Shown here: one piece after another, positions 21,867 to 33,132 of the stretch
How positions within the stretch are numbered: position 1 is the first letter of the stretch
How the letters are laid out: each line of letters starts with the position of its first letter
Assembly (NCBI GenBank): GCA_008369845.1
Contig: MRSU01004714.1
Coordinates: forward strand, 1 to 41,550
From: Trichomonas gallinae
Taxonomy: Eukaryota
Direction of reading: 5' to 3'
DNA: 41,550 nt
Position numbers and translations under genes: made by a program
The notes under the pieces: generated by a model
Seen by the model: the letters and a program-made list of their open reading frames with translations, nothing else
Database searches by the model: none
Told to the model about the DNA's origin: nothing

Positions 21867-23048
21867 TTTCGAATGTATGTAAATAACTACTTTTAAATGA
21901 TTAAATAGTGTTTTTTATTGTAATAATTATTTAAGTACTTGACATTTGATTAGAAAAGAGTTTTTAATATATCAAAATGAAAAATAGTAATCATATAATC
22001 ATGCATTTCATGTAGTGCAGGTAAATTGGCGTAAGCTCATCGGATTTTTCAATTTGTAAATATAATAATTGAAGTAATTTGAGAACGAAATCAGAAATTG
22101 CAAAGTTATTAACTTATCAGCATAATATAATGCAAAAATTTTTACATGATGAGTTTGGTTGTAACTGAAAGTTTCATCAATTATCTTTAATGGAAAATTT
22201 CTTTAATAATATTTAAGAATTTTGTCAACGCTTGACCAAACAATTAATATTGTATAACTTGATATTGACATTCATTGACGCATTTGGCAACACAAGCAAT
22301 TGTAGAGGCTATCATTTATTCCAAGAACTAAAGCTAATATGATATTTTTTTGACCTTTGTCAAAAATTTTGAAATCTATACGATTATTTTCGATTCAAAA
22401 TAAAAATCATTTTTGCTGACAATGATGAGAATTCAAGCAGCCCTGTAGAATGCGGAAATGATAAGATTTGGGTATCACTGCAACCACATTGACATACACA
22501 GTAATAAACATATTATTCAAATAATTCTGCAAATCGTCACCATCTCGAAATTTTGTTTATGTTGGCAGAGTAATGAACTTGAATTCATCGATTATCAGAG
22601 TTAATTTCCACAAATTCATTAATTAAATTGGTTTCGCGATTAAAACTTTATAACTGGTTACTCTCGTACGTATAAATAACTATACAAGGTCACTAATAAT
22701 TAGTATTCATCGAAGTAATTGATCAGCATGTCATTAGACTTCATCGCATAAAATATCTTTCCCCAATTAAAATTAGAATAACTTAAATGAATTCCAATGA
22801 AAACAGTATCTTTGCAATCAATATTACTCTTGATTAAATGGGTAATTTTCATAAATAACTTGATCAATTTAAAAATTTTGATTTAACCAGATATAGCTAT
22901 TAAACTATGTTAAATAGACTCTGTTATTAACACTATTATATGAACTAAATGAATACAGAATGCATCATTATTTCAAAGCAAAAAACTGTTATAATTGAAT
23001 GATTTGTTGGTGAATAACCTTGATTTAGGATTCGATGCTATAGAATAA

Positions 23049-24113
23049 ATGAATGTTAGTATTTGTCGCTTAGCTGCCAGTAAAGTATTATCACAATCAC
23101 CTTTTATTGCTTCAAACGCAAAATTAAATTTCAAAAATATTTATTTTGAAAAATCGATATCATCATTTTTAATTACTTCAAATAATCTTAGTATTACAAA
23201 TTCTAAATTTAAATATTTTCAAAATTCAATATTTTTGCAAAATAAGAAAATCAAATTTGAAAATGCGGAATTTTCATTTATTAATTCTCTTTTTGATATT
23301 TTAATGTCCCCAAACAAAGGTGGAGTAGTTTCACTTAATGGAATTAATTTAAATATGTCATACTGCATTTTTCATAATTTGGTAACAAATTCAACGTGTC
23401 CTTGTTTTTTCGTTTCGAATTCACATCTTTCTATTTATTCATGTTGTATAAAACATTGCACAGGAGCTAATTTAGGAGATGAATCTCTTTCCAATGGATT
23501 TCATGCTGATAATATGCAATCAATATCGGTTTCACAAACAAGTTTGTCTGTGGTCTCATATTTGAAAGAAAGTTCTGACAGTGCAATTGGATTTTCAAAT
23601 GCTCCTGGTATTGTTAAATTCTTAAATTCTAGTGAATGTTTTGGATCATTTGGAGCTGCCTCATTCGCATGCTATAATACAAAAGATTTTGGAGCTGAAT
23701 TTGTAATTATTTCGAATCCAATGGAATGCGATAGTTTAGAAATATGGGACTACAGTCTCATGATGTCATTTTTTGTCACGATAAACACTTCAAAAACGAC
23801 TTGCTGTTTATTTTATGCGCACACAGCAACACTAACTTTTGAGGACTCTATAATATTAGGATGCGGTTCAAAACTGATGACAACAAGTGGAATTGTTGCA
23901 TTCAATAGATGTCATTGCGATTCAACCACTTTAGATCGACAATATTATAAAAATCCTATAGTTTTCAATAATGAAATTGAATATCATTATGTTTTTCGAA
24001 ATGATTTTTGCATGCAAACTATTTTAAACATAAGATCCATAACTGAATGCTATATATTACACAATAAATTAGCGCTATCATTTATGTTTTTCTTAGTATA
24101 TATTATAGTCTAA
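23049..24113 (+). CDS. Cys/Ser/Asn-rich hypothetical protein with a hydrophobic C-terminal tail (beta-helix-like, distantly similar in style to family A)
   Basis: 354-aa ORF with KGGVVSL, SYCIFHN and YSCCIKHC motifs; ends SITECYILHNKLALSFMFFLVYIIV. Confidence 0.75.
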   Translation: MNVSICRLAASKVLSQSPFIASNAKLNFKNIYFEKSISSFLITSNNLSITNSKFKYFQNSIFLQNKKIKFENAEFSFINSLFDILMSPNKGGVVSLNGINLNMSYCIFHNLVTNSTCPCFFVSNSHLSIYSCCIKHCTGANLGDESLSNGFHADNMQSISVSQTSLSVVSYLKESSDSAIGFSNAPGIVKFLNSSECFGSFGAASFACYNTKDFGAEFVIISNPMECDSLEIWDYSLMMSFFVTINTSKTTCCLFYAHTATLTFEDSIILGCGSKLMTTSGIVAFNRCHCDSTTLDRQYYKNPIVFNNEIEYHYVFRNDFCMQTILNIRSITECYILHNKLALSFMFFLVYIIV

Positions 24114-25833
24114 AACGGATAACAAGTCATGACTAATATAATTGTTAGTGTTGGAGCCTTGCAACTATACATGCATAAGGCTTTATGACTTCAGAACATT
24201 TTCTATACGACTCTGAAATAATGATATTAAGTCGTATTTCACATTCTATTACTATAACTAAATTAAACTGCTAATAAATTTTTGAGTTATCGATTTGCTA
24301 TGATGATTTTGTGGTGCTGTTTAATAACATCTGCAATATGTATTAAACAAAGATAACATTAATATATTGTTATATTGTCTTATTCAAAAACATAAAATTC
24401 AAAAAACATATTGCCAACTAGTTTGATGTATCACGGTATATTGTAAATGTTCATATTTTGGCTGTATTATTCTAAGTTACAGTGAATATATCTCAAAATG
24501 AAGTAATATTACAGACAATCTTTTGAATTTGGACTATGAAGACCATTCCATATATAATATAATGTGTTACAATATTATTCCTTTATACTGTCTTGCAATC
24601 TAGTATTTTCTCGGTTAAATTTGAAATATTATCAGGGTAAAGTATTATATGTTGCATGTGTAGCATTGCTGCATGCAAATGGATTTAATATTGTTTTGTC
24701 AAAACAAATACTGATTATTAAATTAAATATTTAGAAATTGGTAATTTTCATTCATTGAAAAACATAAAATAGCGCAGAAATTTGATTGCATTGAAGTATA
24801 TATCATCCATACGTTATGATTCTAGTTGCAAAAGAGTATCAGATTCAAAATTCGAATTCAAACTTTTGAAACAACATGCATATTTGAAAATCATATGAAT
24901 ATTTAGTAATATCACATTATTTTAAGACGTATTGTTTAATAAAATAAGAAATAAAAAATGAAATTTGAAAAACAATGAAATATTAAGGTATAATCTATGT
25001 ATTGCCAGATATTCTTATAAAATTATGAATTTCTATATATAGAAAAACGAATGATCGTTATTTGAAATGTAAATATATAGATTAAATCATATAATATACT
25101 GCATCATGGTATATATAAGCATAACATCAAAATGAAAGAGTGTGAAAACGATATTATAATTGTTTTCACAGCGTTTAAACCGTTACAGTACTACCATACA
25201 AGTTTTATAGAATCGTTATGTGTGTTTTGCGTCGGGGATCAACTGTTGATGCTTTCTAATAAATAGAAAATACGATTATTTTCAATTCAATATGCAAAAA
25301 TCGAGAAATAATAAAATAGTATAATAGTATATTTTTAATAAAAAATTAAACAACGATTATTTTTGATTCAATTTGTAAAATTTCAGAAATAAAAATATGG
25401 TCCAATGTTTATTTTGATTGATTTTATGATAAATAGATGATACTTTCACGCCCGTAAAAAGTTAAAAATTGAAACAAACAATTCAGATACAAAGAAAAAT
25501 TGTAAATATCAAAAATTAGCATGGATAATATTTGAAGCCTAATGATTTAATATATAATGAATCACATTATCATGTCAAACCGTTTCTCATCGCATGTTTG
25601 GTCAATTCTTGTCACTTTTAATTTGAAAGCTATCAAATTTGAGTCACAAAATATACTAATAAATTGCTTCATTATTGTGTTTATTTTTAAACTCGAACGA
25701 TAGAACTGAAAACGATGAAAAGTGAAAACAAAACTTTAAAATTTTATTGTATATATGATACCAAAACAAAATTTTGTTTATTGAAAATTGAAAAAATGTA
25801 AATTTCATTGGTTTTTTATCAGACCAATAAATA

Positions 25834-26895
25834 ATGCAGTGCACTCTGTGGGTTGCTATATCATTCATATTCTGCGCTGTTGTTTATGGATCCAGCTCGG
25901 CCGCCGCTGCAGAAGGCATCAAGTATTGGACGCCAGAAATGCTTATTATGGGAAGAATGTTGTGGGGCTTTACTTTCTGTTTACTTGTTCTCATATTCAG
26001 ATTGATTTTCGAAAAAGGCTACGCACAAGTCGCAAGGGCTCATTTTCTTTCTGGTCCATGGCCTTATATTAATTTGGCCGTCGGTGGACTGCTAAATCTC
26101 GGTATTCCCCACAGCTTAATCTATATTGCACAACAGTGGATTCCATCAGCTGCTGTTCAGCTTTCAAAACCTCTTCAACCATTAGGTTCTATCATCGCGA
26201 ATTGTTTCCTTCCAGTTGACGAAAAAGTAACACTTCACAAAGGTCTCGCCCTCTTGTCAGCAATTATTGGTGTTGCCTGCGGCGCTGTCCCTAGTTTCCG
26301 TCATACTGGCGGAAAAGCGAGCGGTGGACAAGTTGGTTTAGGCTATACATTACTTATCCTCGCCATGATTCTTTTCGGTGCTGCAGCATCATGGTTCAGA
26401 TGGAGAACGCCAAATGTTGATATTACAATTTCATCACTTATGCAAACTTTCTTTTCTTTCTTCTTTGATATGACCTGGTCGTTAATTATGGATGGACCAA
26501 AAACATTCAAAGAGACTTTTGAAAAATGTCCGCCTTACGGATGGATTTGGCCAATTCTCCTTGGTGTCCTTGGTTCTGGTATGGCTGTTCATGGATTTAT
26601 GTATATTGTTGCACATCTTGGTGCCGTTGGCGCAGGATTTATTCCATTTGCTCAAATTATCGTAGGTGTTACAATCGGTGTAGTTCTTCTTCACGAATGG
26701 AAGGGATTCCTTTGGTGGGAAATCCTTCTTAACGTTATTGGTCTCGTTTTCTTGGCTGGCTCACTTGTTATTGGATTCATGAAAGATAAAGATGACATTC
26801 CAGCCACAAAAGAAGGAGAAGAACAGCATAGTGGTGAAGCTGATGAAGAAGAATCACGTGTTTCTGATGAAACTGATGAGCTTGCCGAAATTTAA
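25834..26895 (+). CDS. EamA/drug-metabolite transporter (DMT) family membrane protein
   Basis: About 10 TM segments in two repeats; motifs VYGSS, GIKYWTPEMLIMGRML, AQQWIPSAAVQL, DEKVTLHKGLALLSAIIGV, LLGVLGSG, HLGAVGAG and GVVLLHE; acidic tail. Confidence 0.88.
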   Translation: MQCTLWVAISFIFCAVVYGSSSAAAAEGIKYWTPEMLIMGRMLWGFTFCLLVLIFRLIFEKGYAQVARAHFLSGPWPYINLAVGGLLNLGIPHSLIYIAQQWIPSAAVQLSKPLQPLGSIIANCFLPVDEKVTLHKGLALLSAIIGVACGAVPSFRHTGGKASGGQVGLGYTLLILAMILFGAAASWFRWRTPNVDITISSLMQTFFSFFFDMTWSLIMDGPKTFKETFEKCPPYGWIWPILLGVLGSGMAVHGFMYIVAHLGAVGAGFIPFAQIIVGVTIGVVLLHEWKGFLWWEILLNVIGLVFLAGSLVIGFMKDKDDIPATKEGEEQHSGEADEEESRVSDETDELAEI

Positions 26896-28183
26896 GCAAA
26901 ATCCATTCGAAATTCTTATTATTTATCGATTCTCTTTCAAATATTAGTTCATTTTTATTTAAAATGATTGTTTAACTTTCATTTCATTCAGTAAATACGG
27001 CAAATAAATCTACCGAAATAAAAATAGTAATAATTAACTCGACATTATTAAAGTATTCATCACACTACTGCCTTGTCATTAATATGACAGCATTATTTTG
27101 AATATTTAGAAAATATTTTTATAAAGTGAAAAAATATTGCGTGTTCATGGTTAATTTTGAGTAAAATGTTTTAAGTGGTATATAGTGAGTTTGTAGTTTT
27201 ATTCCCAATGATTTTTCATTTCGAACAGACTTGTTCAATTAAATTTTCGGAATTGTCTCTGCATTCATAGTTTTCGTTAGTGAATATTAGATAATTGATA
27301 TTGTATTTGTCGCTGTCCAAAATCGAAAACTAACACATATAGCAGATGTATCACTTCAATATCAAACATTTTAAGCAATATAACAAATAATGGCCCAATG
27401 AATTTTTCGTTTTCTTGCTGATTTTTAATCATCCAAATCATAAGAGTTTAGAGATATTGCATTTGGTCAGTATGTTAAAATAAATATGCATTTAGATTTT
27501 AGCAAAATGTATATTTCCAAAAATTATCCAGAATCTACCCAGAATTATACGACAGAAATTATTTTTATTCCATTTTACTTGTTTCTATAAGTAGAAAATA
27601 GATACTTTTCGTTAATTAAATTAAATTTTAAAATAATTTGATTAGCAACCAACAACTTTTCGGTCAATATTGATCTTTTTTCGACAATGTCAGTCAGAAG
27701 CAGCAAGCAAACATGTGAATTGCATACTTGCGGAAAAACAATCGTAAGAAATTAAGCATTAACCGGGTAGCTCCTTGATGATTATATTGTTAATGCTCTT
27801 ATTTATATTAAATGTATCATTATTAACCAGAATTAACCGAGATTACTTTTTGGCATATATCAATAATACGATGTACAGTCATATGCAAACCAAGAATAAG
27901 CTGAGTAGAAGGGAAAATAATAAATCGGCCTGATAAGAAAGCGTAAAAGTAAGGAACAATTAATATTCAAAAGCTAATAAAACTTAAACGTATCAACGAG
28001 TCGATGGTGCCATATTCATCTACATAATAGGTGAGTAATTAATTTGCACAGATCAAAAAATCAAAATTCACCTCAACTAATATGGAAAAAAATACCAATA
28101 TCAAAAAAAAGTTAAGCAATAATTAAGAGATAGAACGTAGTCATTTACTAACAATGGAAACTGAAAAGAAACCGAAGGATTTC

Positions 28184-28456
28184 CTAGTTCAATTGGGATA
28201 ATGCCTTCTTGAGAAGCTGTAATCTCGGAGTATAGAATGATGTGAAGGTCTGCTGTACTCTAGGAGTGGTGCTGTATGCTAAATCACCACCAATGTGCAG
28301 CTTGCAATTGACAATTGCATCATTAAATTTTTTCCTGATAATGATCTTCTCACTATCAGATGAGGAAGAGTAGTCCCTAACCATGCTCTGGACTTCGTCC
28401 CTGAACATGTTAAAATCCTCATCATAAACACGGCGATGCATACGAGCGCAATGCAT
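28184..28456 (-). CDS. Small hypothetical ORF (90 aa), possibly the 3' part of a decayed gene
   Basis: GC-richer island in AT-rich DNA with protein-like composition. The frame continues upstream past a TGA at 28481-28483 (...IEMLREFSQKYLCIR*KIAKIFYIMHCA). No recognisable family. Confidence 0.35.
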   Translation of the reverse strand: MHCARMHRRVYDEDFNMFRDEVQSMVRDYSSSSDSEKIIIRKKFNDAIVNCKLHIGGDLAYSTTPRVQQTFTSFYTPRLQLLKKALSQLN

Positions 28457-30927
28457 GATATAGAAGATTTTGGCAATTTTTCATCGTATACACAAATACT
28501 TTTGAGAAAATTCTCTCAACATTTCAATCTTAATTTTGTTCACATGTTTTCCTGTATATAAAGCATCGATAGATCAAATCTACAGCTATAATTTTTTTGA
28601 ATGTGTGAGGATTTTACGCACATAATTAATCTACTCCCATTATATATTTTTATTTTAAAAAATGGTCGAATGACACTTTTAAAGATCATTTTTCGTAATT
28701 TGATATACATAATATAATGATTAAAATTATTGATGTGTCAAATTGTAGTTTGATTTTTTTAATTGAAATAGAAAAAAATTTTGTTGGTTTATCCTTGAAA
28801 CACAACCTTGTTCTACAACAACCTTCCTTTATAAACTACGATCGCGATTCTGTAAAACCTAAAAATTGTGACTATAAGATAAAATAAGATTGAAATTGGA
28901 TTGAATTATATGTCTCGCTTTATTTATAATGTGATTCATAGTTATCTTTAACTCAAATGTCATTATTTATTTTAGCACGTAAAAGATGATCTATATGATA
29001 TAATAAGCATGTATTTTAAATATTTTGCTATCATCAAAAAATAATGTTTTTTATTTGAATAACAGATATAGAATATCCTATCATATGGTTTAATATTGGA
29101 ATGAGGCAAAAATTTTAAAGTATCGAATTGAGGTTATTTTTCACCTAAACTTTTGAAGATGCTCAAAGAAAATATTTTGTCCGATACAAAAAATTGAAAT
29201 AATTTTATCATTTAAGAAGAATGTTATATTTATAATGATATTAATAATTAAATTATTATTTAGAAAAAAAAAATGTTTGATGAAGATAATTGGAGTTTAA
29301 AAATTATATTAAAATAATGCTATATAATCAATAAGCATTATAAATATGATAAAATTGGATTCAATGTAAAAAGGAACCTTTTAATCGCTAATATTATAAA
29401 TATAGCACTATTATATCATATAGTAGATATTTTTGTGATTTATCCACGATATATCCAAAGTTTTGTAATTTCCAAAATTGTTGGAAAATGGATTTAGTTG
29501 CCAAACTCTTGTACAGTAGATCTATATAACATGTATATTATATAGTTTACATATCAGGATACGAAAAAATAATTGATTTCAAACAGTGCGATTCATTTTG
29601 AACCAAACAGTTTCATGACTCCAATAATCAAACTAAAAGTAACATCTGTAAGCAATCTAGCTTTTGTTTTCTGTGTTTAATTGATAAAAAAGATAAGATA
29701 ATGGAAACCATATTTTCATTAACATTCAAATCATGTTTATTCTATATGCATTAGCATAACATGTTCATATGATTTAATATTTTGTGGTGTGATATATACA
29801 TTACAGTTGGTTATCGGTCGAATTGAACAATTCAAATCAATATCAAATTCCAAGCATCATTTGCTTCTTTATAGCACCATTTATGTATTATTCTTGAGAA
29901 TATACTGCAATAATATAAAACCCTATCGATATTTATGACGCATTCAAACAATGAATGTTTATTAATGTGATTAAGCATTTATTACTTGATAACTAGATTA
30001 ACATTGCATGCACTAGTCGAATTCTGATAGTTATAATGGAAAATAACATATTTCCATAAATCTGATAATTAAATTTATCACAGGTATGATGTTTCATGTG
30101 GAATTTACTTCTGCTCAGCTTTATATGCATATAAAATCATATGAATCCTATCAATCATCATCCTATAATATAAATCAAACACTGCGAGCTATTGGTGTGT
30201 GTTTATTAACTTATCATATTGTATTATAATCATTATTAGCATATTATTATAGTTTTTGTATATCTTTTCCATAAGTAATTTGGAGAATTCTATAAAAAAT
30301 GCAAAAAATATAGTGTATATGTATATACGAAAGCTGTATTAGATATAAAAGATTATTGATAATTTAAAGAATGAATATCAAACCTAAACCTTAGCTTTTT
30401 TGTTTAAATCAAATATTTGGATTTCAAATAATGAAATAGTCAAATTAATATGAACCCATCAGCTAAAATTTTAAAGATAGCAGCATACCATGAGCCACTC
30501 ACTCATATTATAAGATTAAAAATTAATCACAATGAATTAAACAAATCCTTAGTAAGTAAAAACAGCGCCATACATATAATACGCTGTATATGTATGTGTT
30601 TATATTTGTGTGATCATTGTCTACTCCAAACATATTTACAATTCTAAAAAATTATTCATTTAAAACAAGGAAATAATATATTTGCTATATTTTGGCATAG
30701 ATTGTTTACTTATCTATAAATTTTTGCCTAGATCAAATAATCGAAATCTTGATAAAATTATTGGAGGATTATTCTTTGCTAATCCGTAAAAATCATATTA
30801 GCATGAATTTTGTTTAGTATAAAGTTTACAATGCTCTTATTCCTATAACAAACAAAAATATATAAAAAAATTGAAGCCGGGCAAAGGCCTCAATTGGAAT
30901 AGCTGGCATAAAAATAAATAAAACAAG

Positions 30928-33132
30928 TTAATCGTAGTAGTATTTGGAGGATTTCTTCTTCTGGCTTGATTTCTTTTCATTATTCGAATTATTGTAATTA
31001 TCAACGGCTTCTTGGTCCGCAAGCAAGATGAATGGAATTGGCGGGATAGTGTCGTGTATAAAACCACTGAGAAGAGTGAGTTGGACTTCGTCTTCTGGGT
31101 TTGTCGATTTCCTTCTTTCCTGGCTTTTGCTCTGCTTCTTCTTTTTCTCTTTATTCTGCGGCGCAGGTGGAGGAGATGACGAACGTGATGACGATTCTGA
31201 GTGATGTCGGCGAGATTGAATTGTCGATTTCACAGAAACTGTAGATGAGCTCGAATAAGATGCCTTGTCGGAGTTCTGTGATGGAGACCTGGTGGACGAT
31301 GACGGAGATTTTGGCTGAGAATCGATCTGCGCCTTTGGACGAACTTTTTTGTCCTTCCACTCGACTTTTTGCGTATCAAATGGAATATATCCATCCAGAG
31401 GAAGAACAAGCTCCTGTCCTGGCTGAATTGAAGGTCCACGTCGGCCTTTTTCTTCAGATAACGGTCCGGTAGGTTTCACGCCGTAAAGAGCTGCTCTGAG
31501 GTTGCCACCGATTCTCACGAGCTTGACTACGCAGTTAAAGTGGAATGAACGGCGGATTAGAGCCGCCTGCGGAAATGCGGAATTTGATACATCCAAAACG
31601 TAATTTTCATCAGTTGTGACTGTGATGCATGATGGTGGGATTCCATTTTCACACCGAACTTCATCAATGTGCATCAAAAATCCTGATAATTCCATGATAA
31701 ATGATCCATCTTCAATTAATTCGTTAGAAATGATTGTGTCGTCATCTGTTATCGTGAGCTCTGTCTGATGTGGTGGCTTTTCGATCCTGCTCGCTGGTTG
31801 GCTCTGTAGATATGCTTCTATAGCATCACTCATCTCGAAACCTTTGACTGGTGGATAAGACGTCTTCGAATTCGAGTTGTAGATGAGCTTGTTGGCGAGA
31901 ACGTCGATGGCTCTCATCACGAGTTTCTTGTCAACATTAAAAATAGCGACAAAGGTATCGACAAAACATGCCCAGAATCCGCGAATTCTCTCGAATAAGA
32001 GAGTTGCGTATTCGTTGAAGTATTTCGTCATTAAAGTGCAAAAGCTTAATTCCGAATTTGATAAATCTTGCTGAATCTGGTCGTGGAATCGGCCATCAAC
32101 AATGCCAGATATGATTTCATCTCTATTGAATTCCGTTACAATTATATCTGACTGCAACTTCATGTCTTCTGGCAATAATTTTATGTATGGAATATGATAA
32201 GATTTTTCAGGCTGACAGTTGGAGCAAACGAAGCTGTGTGGGCAGAAACCGTAGTCTAAAGACTCGCAGCGCTTGTGAACCCAGAATTTGCAATTTGTGC
32301 ATTGAACTATCGGATCCGTGTAGTTTTTGTTGTTTTTGCACTTGCATTTTATCCACTGTCCGCGGCAGAAAGGACAATAAAATGTCTCGTTATCAGAAAT
32401 CCTTGCAATATTGACACATTTCGCATGGAGCCAAAACAGGCATTGATCACACTGAATGAGGAGGCCATCGTTTCTCCCCTCTCCACACACGCAGCGGATT
32501 CCATACCTCCCCGAGCGCTTGTCGTTAAAGAAAACGGGCTCTGGAGGCTGTATCGCGTGCTGGTTGACCTTAGGAATCGAAATAACCGGGTGGGGGATTG
32601 GTACTCTCGGCTGCTGGTAGTATCCCGGCTGTGGCTGAGGGATATAAGGCTGCTGGTAAGGACTTGCTGTCTGATAAGGATAATAAGTTGACGGGATCGG
32701 AATTGGCTGCTGTTGAATTTGCGGTGAAGGCTGTGTTAAGTAAGGTATTTGATTTGGCATGATTCTTGGCGTTTGTTGCTGAATTTGATAATTCGATAAA
32801 TCGGGTATCGATGTTGTTTTCGGTAGTACGAACGGCGTGGCTTTGATCGGCACTGAAGGAGGCGGTGGCGGCAAGTCAGACATCCGAGGTATTGCGGGCA
32901 TAGGCAACGGAGGTTTCGTTATTTCGGGCATCGGCTTCGCAGTTTTGACAATCGCCGGGTTTATCCTCACGATTGGGTGCGGGACGATGGTTTTCGTTGG
33001 GTTTGAGACTTTCCGAATTATTGGTGTTGAAGGAATCGAGCTCGGAGGCGGAGGTGGATGATCCGGGGAGCTCATAAGGCTTTGGATAGAGTTCTTCCTT
33101 ACTGTAGTCGTTTCTGCATTATTACTAGACAT
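30928..33132 (-). CDS. Chromatin protein: Pro/Gln-rich N-terminus, two PHD fingers, degenerate SET-like domain, Ser/Lys-rich tail (Set3/Set4/MLL5-like)
   Basis: C4HC3 fingers IRCVC...IQCDQCLFWLHAKC...FYCPFC and IKCKC...VQCTNCKFWVHKRC...FVCSNC; SET-like IEDGSFIMELSG...YVLD...ALIRRSFHFNC...IQPGQELVL. The ORF-track start 33138 is TTG; the first ATG is 33132. Confidence 0.88.
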   Translation of the reverse strand: MSSNNAETTTVRKNSIQSLMSSPDHPPPPPSSIPSTPIIRKVSNPTKTIVPHPIVRINPAIVKTAKPMPEITKPPLPMPAIPRMSDLPPPPPSVPIKATPFVLPKTTSIPDLSNYQIQQQTPRIMPNQIPYLTQPSPQIQQQPIPIPSTYYPYQTASPYQQPYIPQPQPGYYQQPRVPIPHPVISIPKVNQHAIQPPEPVFFNDKRSGRYGIRCVCGEGRNDGLLIQCDQCLFWLHAKCVNIARISDNETFYCPFCRGQWIKCKCKNNKNYTDPIVQCTNCKFWVHKRCESLDYGFCPHSFVCSNCQPEKSYHIPYIKLLPEDMKLQSDIIVTEFNRDEIISGIVDGRFHDQIQQDLSNSELSFCTLMTKYFNEYATLLFERIRGFWACFVDTFVAIFNVDKKLVMRAIDVLANKLIYNSNSKTSYPPVKGFEMSDAIEAYLQSQPASRIEKPPHQTELTITDDDTIISNELIEDGSFIMELSGFLMHIDEVRCENGIPPSCITVTTDENYVLDVSNSAFPQAALIRRSFHFNCVVKLVRIGGNLRAALYGVKPTGPLSEEKGRRGPSIQPGQELVLPLDGYIPFDTQKVEWKDKKVRPKAQIDSQPKSPSSSTRSPSQNSDKASYSSSSTVSVKSTIQSRRHHSESSSRSSSPPPAPQNKEKKKKQSKSQERRKSTNPEDEVQLTLLSGFIHDTIPPIPFILLADQEAVDNYNNSNNEKKSSQKKKSSKYYYD

